The notes under the pieces: model-generated
Told to the model about the DNA's origin: nothing
What the model saw: only the letters and a program-made list of their open reading frames with translations
Databases searched by the model: none
Made by a program: the position numbers and the translations under genes
Origin: Botryllus schlosseri
Taxonomy: Eukaryota
Length of the DNA stretch: 64,000 nucleotides
Direction: 5' to 3'
Assembly (NCBI GenBank): GCA_051294905.1
Contig: CM119374.1
Span: 20,708,001-20,772,000, forward strand
Shown: one piece after another, positions 1 through 13,200 of the stretch
How the letters are laid out: the number at the start of each line of letters is the position of its first letter
Position numbering within the stretch: the stretch's first letter is position 1

Positions 1-2697
1 TACTAAACGCGATTCCCCTACATTGAGCTGCGTCTACAGTTTCAAGACGTGTCTTGCGTGTGCCGCACGCATCGGTTTCTCTGAGATTGTAGCTTGTGGT
101 TGTATGTCGGTGCTGCCTTCGAGTCCATGTATTCGCCAGTAGACTACGATACACGGAAACATCTCTGAAGTAGGAAGATCTATTATTGCCAATTAAATAT
201 TCTGTATACGAATGTAGGATTAAAGGTATTTGGTTGATATTATGTCCGTCTAAATCCCAGCACACTAACAATAGCCTACTATCGCATGTGACTGGGCAAT
301 AATGCATTCAAGATCAATCGAAATTCAATACACTTGCGCTAATCCCGCTAATAGCCTCTTGAACCCTGGATCTGTTTCATGCAATCAATATATTTTCCTA
401 ATTTTGCAATGAACCTTTCGGATACGGACTGCGTATTTGTGAATGAGTTTTAATCCTCCCATACCACACATATCGCCCTCATGAGCGAACTTCGAAAATT
501 GTCGCAACATACAGTTGAACTTTTACGGCACAGCTGAGCTAAAAATAATATACCAATTCCAGGCTGTCCATCATCATCATTTCATTATTTATTATCGTTT
601 TTACTGATACAAGATGGCACAAGCATTTCAATGAAATGACAAAAAGATGGTTTCGAGAAACGACCTCGAAATATTTTCAATCAACCATCCTTGGCGTGCA
701 GGCTGCAGATAAAAACAATGAACCTGTAAGTAAGGCATACACGCGGAATAAAAAGATGATGACATAAAAAAGGAACAATGAAGTGGCAAGTGTTGGTATG
801 CATATACTTGGATAGGCAAAATCGATATGATATGATATAGCGTGGTCGGGTGATGTCGAGCGAGGATAGTACTCATGTCATTCGAAAGAATGTCTTTGTA
901 TTTTGTCCTGAAGGTGAAGGTGGTTGGATATTTAGTGCCACGCGTTTCCTTGTATGAGCTGCATATAGTTGCGTCACCGTCGACTAGCATCAATCGCAAT
1001 GAGGAAGTAGCTTTCACGTGGAACCTTAGCCGTTTCAATACGATATATATAAGGGAGTTTTTAAAATATCGTTGCAATGAGGGTAGTATATGCTGCCTCT
1101 ACCTGTAACATCTTCTGCAATTGCGAAAAGTCCCGCATAACGTTTGAGCATGACTGTTCAGTTCAAACAACGACAAATCAAAAAGGTATCTCAACATTTA
1201 ACACACGAACGAACACAATAACACAAGTCATATCCATTCGACATGTTATATTCAATGTTACCTTTTCAAACTACACGTTTTAGATCAAACTACTCCATCA
1301 ACTGCGGTTGACTAGTTGATCACCATATCACTTCGTTGCAGATTTTCCTCGCAAATTCTGCATCTATTGTCATGCATACATTATATTTTCATTTTTCTCA
1401 CATTTTCGTCATGAATTGCATTTCACATCCAATAAATCTTTTTGTGTCATGAAAAATTTAAATTTCATGTCTGAAGTTTTTGCGACGATTATTTGTAACT
1501 GCTGCTATACTGTATTATAGTAGTCGAAGATTGCAAGATTATTTCGAAACTTTGCTGAGGTATTTGAATTTCATGCGCGAAGTTCTCATTTAATTCTGCT
1601 AAATCAACAAACGAGCCCGAAAAGCCCCGAGCTGACTTCTATCTCTACGAATACTTAGGCTACGTAAATCGATCACAAAATGCTACGGTCGAACGAAGGT
1701 TAAAAGCAACCGAGTTTACCATTCAGGTGAAGTCTGCATTCATCGTTGGGACTAAGCCATGATGGATTTCCGTGGTGTCCTCTAAAATTCCGCTGGAAAG
1801 AAGACAACTGTGTCGAAATTACATTATTGTTATAGTAGGCCTATACCAAAGTCTAGTGGATAATAACCCATATAGCGATAGGAAATTATTCACCCAATAG
1901 CCACCGCATAGAACCCGAAATTCCTTTCATGCAGGAATGCGGATTCATACGACGTCATGGGGAGAGCGTGGGAGTTACGCCATAATTGTGCATGTGCGAT
2001 AATCAGATTTATCACATGAAATGGGTGCCTGCCTTGGATAACACTCACACGAAAGCGTTGGCGCAATTGAGTAGCGGCGGTACTCCCACGAAGCACTTTC
2101 CTCAATCTGTGTAGCCTACAGCCTCATTTTGAGGTCATGCAAGCGGCAACGCTGCTAGAGAAATTCTTTTTGCCGCGACTTTCTCCGTTAGAAAACCCGA
2201 TTTCTTTAGAGTGAAATTTGATTCTGTTTCTGGTTCATTTAATTCTTAATTTCATCTGGTCAAATCACCACGTGATTGTCATAAACTGAAAAGAAAGAAA
2301 GGCGTCGAAACGATCTGGAGTAGTGTTTGAATCAAACACCCACCTTGTATGAACATTGCACACTGAAACTGAATGAATAGTAACAGAAGATATCATTAAA
2401 AAACAAGCGCTGAAAATGTCGTGGCATGAAACAGAAGACGATGAGTCAGATCAAGGTCCGAAAATCTCGAGTACGGTACTTCCCCGTCACTAAAATTGGC
2501 GTGGCGGTGCTTAAAGTGAGTCAGAATACCGAGAGTTCCCGTTGACATGAATTAAATGGATTTGAAATTCGTGCTATACCGAGAATCCGTTGTGATTTAG
2601 GTGTTTCGCCGCGACGCAACCAGCTACTTAGGCCAACATCCAACATCAGTCTCAAGTCGCGGCAATTAACTGGTACACACAGGTATTATTACGTAAT

Positions 2698-3200
2698 ATT
2701 CAATTCAATTTGTTGTTAATAATTTCCTCATTTCAATACACCACTAGACCGCGATACAATGACGGATAGGAAGGTGTCGAAACGACTTGGAGTAGTCTTC
2801 GATATCAGACACCCACGTGGCCTAGGCGACGTAAAATGGAGGCATCCATGTACATTGTACACATAATGAAAAGTAAAAAAAAAGATAATATAATAGGACA
2901 TGCGACAAAAAGAGGTGGCATGTATCGGAAGGCGAGATCGATATGCCAGGTTGTGGTTCGGTAAACTAGAGGGTTGACTAGTATTGATTCAGTAGAAATT
3001 GTTTGTATTGCGACTTGAATGTGGACGCTGGGCAGTAGACATGCTCGGCGACTGTCGGATGGCCAGGCGAGATACTGTTCCACACTGCATGTCCGGCATC
3101 CTTGATAGAGCGATGATCTTTTACGGGACAGCGCGCAGCTAAAAATACTTTCGTGCATCAATGGATCATGTTGCTCCAGGCTCCAGCACCGTTGATGTTT
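2698..3200 (-). mobile_element. 5'-truncated LINE (L2/CR1-group) 3' end
   Basis: Minus-frame remnant HRSIKDAGHAVWNSIS...STFKSQYKQFLLNQY* (stop at 2978-2980), typical of L2/CR1 ORF2 C-termini, followed by a 3' UTR and a (TTGAA)n tail. Confidence 0.7.
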
Positions 3201-5229
3201 TGACTGCCTACTTTCGCATATAAACAAGTACTGCAAGTAGTCAAATCCTACTTGAGTACTTCAAAAAGTGGAAGTACTTCGTTTTTGACCAGCTAGTAAA
3301 TGACCAGCAAAAGAAGGCAAACCTGTGAACCGAAAAATTTGGAAAATGCAATATAATCTACAGCGGCATGCACATTGGGTTTCGGCAACACTGCTGAAAA
3401 CTATTAATAGACGAAACATTGTTCCGGTCGATGTTGTTATAATCATTCGACTGCATCAGACCAAGCGCAATTAACCCTTCGTCCGATCAAAAGCATTTTC
3501 GCACTGCGCTAATATATGATGTCGTACTTTACGGTGAGAATGTTCTGTTTTTTAATATGGCATTAAACAAAGTTACGTCATAGCGTAGATGACAAATGAA
3601 GTCATCGGTACTTTCTGGTACCAAAATGTTGCTCTCACGTCCATTGGAAAGGGTTCAAAAGCAACATTTTGAATCAGAATATGCCATGTACCTGATTTAC
3701 ATCCTACGATATGGTTAAAATCGACGAAATACACGATTTTTGTTCACAGCGCGTTTTCGTGAATAAGTATTGATGATGATAATAATTATTTACAAGTGCT
3801 TGAGCAAAGTCAGCCCAATAAAGCCATATTGGCATGTGATGTAGTCAAAACCTTATTTTGTTTTGTTGCTGGCGAGTTCACCCGTGGGTCATATCCTAAC
3901 CCACTATACGCCTCGTCCTACATATTACACTACTGGTGTTCCAAGTTTTGTATTCAAAGCAGAGAGTTCGGATCACTAACCGCGAACTTATTTCACCCGT
4001 AGATAAGAGGTCACGAATTACGACCTGGTCATTTATACTCCTATTTAGCGGTAGGCATTCCGAGGCTCAATATAACGTTTTTATATAATCCGTGAACGGA
4101 TGTTCTTATCGAGATGAATAATATTTTACTGTGAAATTCCGACACTTACACAATGGAAGTGCCGGCGCTATCAGCTATATTGCTTTCCTTTTTGGTATAC
4201 AGGCTATAGTGTGGGCATTCCACAATAATATAGAGACCGTATGGCAGGCCTAATATATTGGGCGGACCGGCAGAAATTTTGACTCAATGAACCGACTTTA
4301 AACTACATCCACTTGCAGTTCGATGTGCAAAGTCTGTGAAGGAGTTTTCCTTTCTATATTCCTAATTTTGTTCGTCAGATGTGGATTTTTATGAAATTTC
4401 CAAATAAAAACGTCAACAGGAATTACAAGGAGAGCGTCTCACGCGACTAAACGTGTGTGAGGTTGGAATTCTTATGGGGGCCCGCTTACTAGTTTTAAGA
4501 GAGTTGTGTTCAACTGTTCGATCAACCTGGGGATCGCAACGGTGCCAACCTTTTTTAGTAATCAGTTTGTTAAATTTAGGGGTGCGTCACGAAGCATTTT
4601 CAAATCGGAAATTGGCCGCGATCGTAAAAAGTTTGGCAACCACTTGTAGGAGTATTTGTCGCAGCAAGGGGAGTGGAAATAGTTCTATAATAAATCACAT
4701 CGATCAACCAGATCAAGGATTTCCAGAACTGAGATATCCATGAACGAGATAACCGCGTCGCTCGTTTTGTTGTACTGGTGCAATCGTCCTGTTCCGTTTT
4801 GTATTTCAAACCAAACAAACTCTCCCTCGACGCTCAGACACAACGTGAACTTGGTTGTTTACGGAATTTGGTCGCTTTTCGATTGTGGGCTACTGCTTGT
4901 CGAGAAGAAGCCATGCGTTTATCAACAGCGTAACAAGAAGTATGTATAAAATCCGACGAGCAAAACGGTTGCAGCAACATCGATTTGCCAAATAGTCACC
5001 GTCGAAGATGAATCTGGTATTTATCGCCAAATTGTGAAAGAACGTTCGAGTATGAAATCTTGTACCGCGATAAAAAGGACATCGGGAAGACCAATGCATT
5101 GAGATAGGTTTGATTTTTGGAAAGATGAATCTCACATCTCCACGGAATCCCCCGACATCGAGATATTCTGGAGCTACAATTCGTACGACATAGTCCCATG
5201 TAGGCCAAATATCCAACATGCATATAAAT

Positions 5230-5677
5230 TAGGCTTACCATACGTCCTCTTTTAAGAGGATTTGTCCTCTTTTTTGACTTTTTTGAAAGTGTCCTCGGAG
5301 GACGCCATTTTGTCCTCTTTTTTGAGATTTTGTCCTCTTTTTTGAAAATGTAGGTCAGATTTAGAGCAAATTGCGAGTGATATGCCGTAAATTAGCACAG
5401 AAGTGACGCTCCGGCGGGTATTTCGGAGCGAAAAACGGGGAATTTAGCTCTGAGCGAAAAGATGACTTTTTTTTTTTTCAGTCATCCACCTGGCAATGTG
5501 GAGAGAAAAACGGTATTTTGAGTTCTGAGCAGAAGTGATGACCTTTTTTTTTTTTTAGTCAACCGATCGCAAAGTGGGAAAAATTCACCGTTTTTTGAGA
5601 ATTCTACTCCGGTTTTGCAAGTTGCAAATTTCTGAAAAAGTGTCCTCTTTTTGGATTTCCAAAATATGGTAAGCCTA
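5230..5677. mobile_element. Non-autonomous hAT-type MITE, 448 bp
   Basis: 13-bp TIR TAGGCTTACCATA/TATGGTAAGCCTA, perfect 8-bp TSD atataaat, internal gtcctcttttt repeats. Confidence 0.88.
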
Positions 5678-7217
5678 ATATAAATGCTCGAAGCGAAAAC
5701 AACGACATGCGGGCAGCTGCAAAGAAAGTTACGAGCAGCATTTGTTATGATAGTATGATGACGTTGACCCGTTGCACTGCTGGATACACTATAGTCCCCA
5801 TATTAGCCAACAGACACTTCACGCGTATACAATTATACAACTTGAATTCCACATATTTCAACTCAAAATTTCGATTTGTTATATTTAGTCGACATTACAT
5901 CAGTCGAGATTCCATGTCCCAATCGCGTGTTCCGCGAAAATTCTGTTTCCTGGTGTAGGCCCACCTAATCTATGATGAGTGACTCACAGCGTATGACCTC
6001 GGTAAATAGATAACGATGCAAATCTCTATTACATTACCCATGGTGAGTCAAGTCAAGTTTGTTCTAATACAGAATTACTCAATGAAGAGATTCGATCGTA
6101 TGACTGTGCAGGACCAAGCTGCAGTGAGATCATGATGAGGCCATCTTATTTACTCAACCAAAGACTGCATAACTTAAGGCTGCATCTGAAGCAACGGGTA
6201 TTGTAGTCGACTATAGTGCCCAATGCTCATTACTCACAACTATGCTCTCCGTATACACCCTTCATACTTTTGATACCTCAACTAGCCTTTGCGTTCTGCG
6301 CCCTAGTGTAGATATGATATATTATTGCTATGTATGGTGCGCTAAAAATTATGTAATTATGATTCTTATTTCTACCCAACTATCATCCAATCGCAACAAA
6401 GCAACCACCAGCCAGTTTGATAGTATTTATTGTATTGCACAGCTTCATGACCTACTTCTTAGTAAAATGCATAAATAAATATATATACGTAGACGCGTAT
6501 AGGCACAGAAGATGTATCGATAACCGACGGATTCTGTATCAGTAATATCGCCAGTGGTCTATCGGTATTCAACAACACAATTTGGTAAAACACATCAACG
6601 AACATCAAGTCATAACACAACAGCACACGATTACAGGCAGTCAAACGTACCGACACAACACAAATGCAATAGCGACATCAACACCGTCTCTCGCCGTTAT
6701 TGACAATAATAAGAAGGCCTGGGGTGAATTGAGTACCTGAGTAATTTGATCCTGAATCTGTTTCACTTAAGATTACATCAGACGAATACGGATAGCTTGG
6801 AAAAGTTCAGACATGTACCTCTTACGAAGCCACAGAATAACCCAACTTCTGCGTCACTTAACGATAATTCGGTATTTTTTCGATCATGCCTATTTCAACA
6901 CAATTCATGACAATGCCGCACGTTGATTCCGATTTCAAAAATGTTATTTCTAGTAATGATAATTGTGGACATTTCAAGGCTTCACATTGGGGGAAAAGCG
7001 TCGGAATTCTCGTTGAAAACACAAGTTCAAGTGGAAGAGAGTATAATTTCAGTCGTCGAGAAAATAATTCTTCACGATTTAGATTCGAGCGCTTAAATCG
7101 TTTTGCCGAACCGTAAATGATGCCTTGCTATCACATTCGCCACCGACCAAACACCACAATATAACGTGTAAATGAATATATTAACACGTGCAACGCGTAT
7201 TTCGGGCACTTGATACT

Positions 7218-7285
7218 CTACTGAAGACCGGACCATCGTTGAAAATACCCGGACCAGCCTTTTTGACTCTGGTCGGTACCGTCAT
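7218..7285 (-). CDS. GCC2: GCC2 last coding exon
   Basis: ctgttacag|AT; DDGTDQSQKGWSGYFQRWSGLQ*, resembling human SSGWASYLHSWSGLR*. Confidence 0.92.
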
Positions 7286-10200
7286 CTGTAACAGCGAAAG
7301 ACGCGATTAAAAATCTGCCTATAGTAAGTGGGTCGGTCCCTATTTGGCGGATATGGTCAAAGTTGCTAGGTAAAGTCAGAAATTTTTGCCGTATTACAAG
7401 TTCAAGTAGCCGTTCCCAAGGCGAGACTCGATACATTTCAGGGTATAACCAAGTCGCGAGGTTCCGAGTTAAAGTCAATCTCACTTTTATAGTTTTGATT
7501 CGAGTCATTTCTAAATCACCACCGACTCAAGTCCGAGTCCAAGTCAGCTAGTTGAGGGTCGAGTTGGAGTCCAAGTCATTAGGTTCACTTTTCAGTTTTC
7601 AGTCCAATCCACTTTTTTAACTCTGCTCGAGTGATATAGAATGGCTCGCATTCGTAATATCGTAATTTTCCTCAGTCTTAACAGTTTCTGGTCTGATTTT
7701 CCAAGTATCAGGACTGATAGACGAAATACCAATAACGCTGTGACTCTACTATTCTTCGAAGACACAATGAAATTTCTGTCTTTGCCGACTAAGTCTCGAG
7801 TCATACGACTTGGTTCGAGTCATGCAACAATGACTCGAGTACAATTCGGCTCATTACAACTCTGGTGGAAATACTTTTAAAAAGATAACCACTGAAGTGG
7901 TACAAGCAGAGAAAATCTACTTAAATACTCCTAAGGAATAGACCAGCACTTCGTCACTGAGCGCCTCTGCCATTCGGGCACGATCAAATCATCAAACAAT
8001 GGTTGGTCACACGCAAAATAAACCAGATTGTGAATCATAGCAACCCGTTACCTGCCGCCATGGCTTGCAGCGTGGCCTTTTCCGTGGGGTCGAATTTCAG
8101 CATGGTGTCGATGACAGGCAGAAGATGCTTTTTCTCGTCGCACGGGGGCAGGGTGATGAATTTGTACAGAACGTTCTTCAGGTATTCCATGTTGGCGACG
8201 GAGGTTTCGCGCTCCTAGGAAAAGATTGGCAAATTTTTCTATGACGAAGTGTGATTTGGAACGGAAAATTTCGAATTATTGCGATCAATTCGGCCAGAAC
8301 ATGGCAGACACGGTTCAATTATTCAAAATTCGAATCAAGTCTACCACATTTTGAATGGAATATTCGTATTCCCGTTACTTAGAATCAGTTCAAAATCAAC
8401 CAGAATCACAGCAGATTCGCTCTAAAATTATATGAAATTTGAATTGATTCAAATTGAGTATTTGCATTCCCATTACCTAGAATCAGTTCAGAATGAACCG
8501 GAAACATAGCAGATCCGGCTTCAATGTTTCGAAATTCAAATTGTGCCTCCTACGGTTCGAATTTAACATCGGTGTTCTCATTACGTAGACTCAGTTCGAA
8601 ATTGACTATAATCACGGTAGATTTGATTCTAATCATCGTGCCAACCCTTGTCTGAGTTGACTGATTGCATTACCATTGCTTCGAATCAGTTCGAAATATA
8701 CCGGAATCATGCCAATTATTTGAATTGCACAGTCGAATTTTAGATATTTATCATCAGCCAATGACACAGGACAACACGCTTGAAAATTTGCACCCACCTG
8801 ATTTTTCTCAAGGCGCCGTATCTCGTCCTTCAAGACCCGGTTCTGTTCCGTCAGCCGGGACACGGTGGCCTCGTTTTCGCGCACCACCTCCGCCAGATGG
8901 TCCAGCTTCTTGGTCTGCGCCTCGTACCGCGCTTCCAGATACTTCTGCCGGCCCTCGCTGGTCATCGACGAGTCCGAGATCACGGACACTGCGACAGGAG
9001 AAGGTTTTATTGGTGCAACGTGACACCACAAAAAATCCGTAACGTCATTATTGAAAAAACTAATAACTGCATCATAAAGAATCTGATGTCAGTCTAAAGA
9101 ATTTCAACCACTCAAATTTAATTTGTGCATTTCAGAGGTGGCCAGTAACAAATTACTTCTACTTTTTATGAGGTTTTGTTAACTTGCACTACATACTCAA
9201 GTAGTTATGATGTTACACTCTACCTCTATTCACATTTCCAACTATTTTACGCAAAACTAGGCCCGGAATATTACCTTTTTTATACACTTGAATAGTATAT
9301 TCATATTGATATGAACCCGAGCATAATCCTCATGAACTAGCAGAGGATTGAAAAGAACATTGTATATCAACAATCATATCACAAAATATGACGTCACTAG
9401 CATGATGTTACGTATAATCGGGGCAGAGCTACCATGGCTCAATGTACTGTTTTTAGATGGTAAACAAACCTTTTCTGCTACTTCTACTTGGGTAGTGATG
9501 AGTACTACTTGTAATTTGAATCGGTGACATCGGTGATATGAAATTCCGCCCCCTCGAATTGAATTGTGCAATGTGCATATTGACGTCATCACAAAGAGTA
9601 TGTAATGTCAGTACTAGATGAAATTTTGCTTCTAAAATTTAATATGTACATTGTAACGTCATCACAAGGAATCCCTGACAATGCTAAAAAAAATCCACCC
9701 CCCCAGAAAAAACATTCTCTTAAATACCCGCTCTGATTTCGCTGCCGGCGCTCAGCAGCCGCTCAAAAGTCTGGGGCACGTCCGGGTCCTCCTCGCCCTC
9801 GGCGTCTTCCCGGGCCAGCGCGCGGTAATCCATTTGCTGATACGACGGGTTCCTGTTATGATACACGTTCGTCCGTCATCAACCAGTAAAGATTTCTAGA
9901 AGTCAGGGCTGTAATGACTCGAGTCCCCCTTAAGTCGCGATTTTTTAATCACACGACTTGGCTCGAGTCATTTTTTCAAATGTGTAAAATGACTCGGACT
10001 CGACCCTCTGCTCGCTGACTTGAACTCGGGACTTGACTCGAGTCAAAACTATAAAAGTGAGATTGCCTTATGACTCGGAGCCTTGTGACTTGGTTACAAC
10101 CCTGGCGTCAGCTGGCGACATCCGATATCATTCATGAAACGTATCAAATGTACCTTGTTACGAACAGAGCCCCTCGGCTAATGTTCCTGATCAATAAAAT

Positions 10201-13200
10201 AGGTTTATCTACCTCAAATATTCGACAAATACACGTCGTGTGGGTAACAATAACAACTAATAACGGGGAAACTAAAGCAGTGGTGAAGGAGTTGTAATTT
10301 ATCACATGGGCATCTGGCGGTATGAATTTAAATCCAGCCCAGCTACAGCGTGACAAGACAACCACATTCTGACACCGACTGACGCAAAACGCGAAGCAAA
10401 AGTATAACGGAGATAAAAAAAAAACGCCTACCTGTGATGTGATTGTACGAGGTCGGAATGTTGTCTGGCAGACGACGGCGGTATCGGCGAAGGCAAATTG
10501 GTCCTTTTGTGTGGAGTAGAAGAAGCTGAAAATAGATACAAATGGTCACAACTCAACGCCAACTAGTTGAAGGTTGAGCACGACTGGCTCGTTTGTAACG
10601 CTAACGAAAGCGGGAGAGCTTCGGCAATTTCGCGATTCGATTTGCAGACAAATAAATCTGCAACGTGCAGGGTGTCAAGTCTTCTGGAAGTGCCAATGGA
10701 GAACTCTATTGTGCGAATTGTTGTTTTATTTCTCTCTAATTCGAAGTTTTATAAAAATTTCAAAGATTTTTTTGACATGGTAAAATATGTCAAAATTTTG
10801 TCACAATGTTAGCATTAGGTCAAGAAACTGTCAAAATTGCTTACAAAGTCAAAATTTTTTTTGCAACCTGCATTTCGTTTGTATCGTAGATGTTTGCACC
10901 ACAAAATTTTTTTAATTATTTCTACCATAATACGTGATACAACTACTGGAATTCTTCATAGGTCCAGATTTCGTGTTAAAACAAAGTTTTTCTCACGTAA
11001 AACTTTGTAAGTTTTCAAGTCAAAAAAGATTTTTCAGGTCAAACTAATTCGCAAGGACAGACAGTCCAACCAGTAATGAAGAAAGGTATTACAGTTATAA
11101 CATCTTGTGGGAAAACACCTAATTTACATACAGGAGGTCAAAATTAAGTTTTTCAAGGTCGAACAATGTCAGAAGTTTGATTTTGTATTTTGAAATCTTC
11201 TGTTTATTAGTGTCAAAAAAAATCAGCCTAACGAGTAATTACAATTCTAACCTAATTTGAAAAAAAAAAACTAACTGTACTTCTACTTCAAAATTGTAAA
11301 GCTGTTATTTCGTAAACCAACCACCGCGGCAATGAATACCCGGTCTGGACTTGGATTCGAATCTGGTATCCGCAACAGGATTCAGATTGGAAAATACTAA
11401 ACCCGTGAACTCGAATCATGTGTATCGACCAAGCGCAAGACAGGAATAGCTACCTCGGTTTGTAACTTCGGAGCCGCCCCTCGAATGCGACGCCTTTGCC
11501 GTCTGGCTACGCAACAAATCGTTCTCGGTGTCCTGCAGTTTCTTCTGCAAGTCCGCAAGGGCCTTGCCGTGGGCCTCTTTCAGATTTTCCATCTCGATGC
11601 GGTGTCTCGCCGTCAGGTTGTCGTTCCTCAGTCTGGTCTGCGTCGCGGCGTCTCCGTGTTGGCGTTGCAGCGTCGACAGCTCGAGCTGCAACTCCTGTAC
11701 TCTGGAAATTATTCGGGAAATCGAATTGAAACGCGTTACGGACAGGAAACGGGTCCAGCTTAGAAACCAGAGGTATCAGTAACGAAGCATTTGAATAAAT
11801 GTTGTGGTGTATCTTTTTCCCATTCTAACTTCAAGAAAATCAGTGGAAAAATGGTATATCGCACAGTCGTCAGACGGAAAAACAACGCATAAACACGGAT
11901 GTAGTTTGACCAAATCGGCACAAACGATGTCACAAAAATTTAACTCGCCACGCTTCCTGGTTGCGACTAGAAAGTAGGTAGACATATGACGCGTTTATGT
12001 AGCGTGAAAGCATTTAAAGTTACTTTGCCAGAACAAAAATATCAGTGCCGCGGCTGAGTAAACAAACACAATCTCCAGACCAACGGAGAAAAGGTCGCCT
12101 CACAATACAATGATTCATAAAAATAGATCGAACTAGGTCAGCGTTGCGAAAAGGTGCTTTCCAAACTGCGCAAGAACGCGAAATCATTGCACTTTCTTTA
12201 GAGCCCTACGACGCCCGATTCAGCACGACACTATGAATATAACAATAACGATTGAGAAATTCCATCTGCACCATACTCTGCTTTGTCTGAAGATCAGATG
12301 AACGGGTTTAACACATTCAAGAAATCACAAGACGTCCACCGGGTGGAAAAATAACTTATGATGACATTACACACGAGTTCACAATGACATTCTAGAGATA
12401 TGAAGGAATAGATTTGCGATACCCACAGAAATGGAATAGTACCAGAGACACACCCTCCCCCCCCCCCGGACCCTGGTGACAATCTGTTGAGCTGTGATGA
12501 TACGGTTACCCTTACAATGGAAAATAACGCGGAATTTTACTAACAGTACCTGTACTCGGTGAAAATTATTTTCAAAAGATCGTATTCGTAGACAATAACG
12601 TTTGTCCAACTACCCTGCTGGAGGTTAGTAATAAAGTACTTTTTGGAGTAGGCCTACTCAACTAGATTTTGCCATCTTGTACTAAATACTAAAGTGGCTA
12701 TGTTTTTTGACTAATTCTGCTCCCGCTGAGGGATTTATAAGTAAAACTCCTTACTTTTTTACACATTGGATTTTAAAAATTAGGAAGTAGTTTTGGGTTG
12801 AGCTACCGTCACTTTTTAGAAGTGAAATTGCGGTAAGAAACAAATGAAACTGCCCTGTATCATGGCAACTGGATATATTTTCGAAGATTAAAAGACGTGT
12901 TTGTACCGTGTTTCTATCTCACTTCCATTTCGCTCCATCCTAAGAATCAATTCCTTGACTTTATTCAGCCGGTCATCAACGACCGACCACCAATAACAGC
13001 GACCGAGATTTCTGACCGACCACAGAGTCTTGTTCCTACCTGGATTTCCACCTGGCGTCACGGTCCGCCGCGCGATCCTTATCCTGTTCGTGCTGCTGCA
13101 GAAGCCGCTCGTAGTCGCCGTTTACGAGTTGGAATTCGTTCTCCTGCAAGCGCGCCTTGTTCTGGACGTCGACGAGTCTTTGTTTGAGCTGCTCGTTGGC

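Noticed and set aside
628-1108. 149-aa (-) and 77-aa (+) ORFs near the window start
   Set aside because: No recognisable domain and no consistent exon chain; cannot be excluded as an exon of a gene outside the window
1895-2110. + strand peptide RIEPEIPFMQECGFIRRHG faintly like the LINE RT Q.GFR motif
   Set aside because: A single short motif interrupted by stops; not supportable
6426-6431. AATAAA on the minus strand ~790 nt after the GCC2 stop
   Set aside because: A plausible polyA signal, but a hexamer in AT-rich DNA is not supportable without 3'-end data
9904-10104. Clusters of GACTCGAGTC palindromes that superficially resemble CRISPR or operator arrays
   Set aside because: Irregular spacing, no unique spacers and no cas genes; they are subterminal repeats of a TIR/TSD-bearing MITE in a eukaryotic genome
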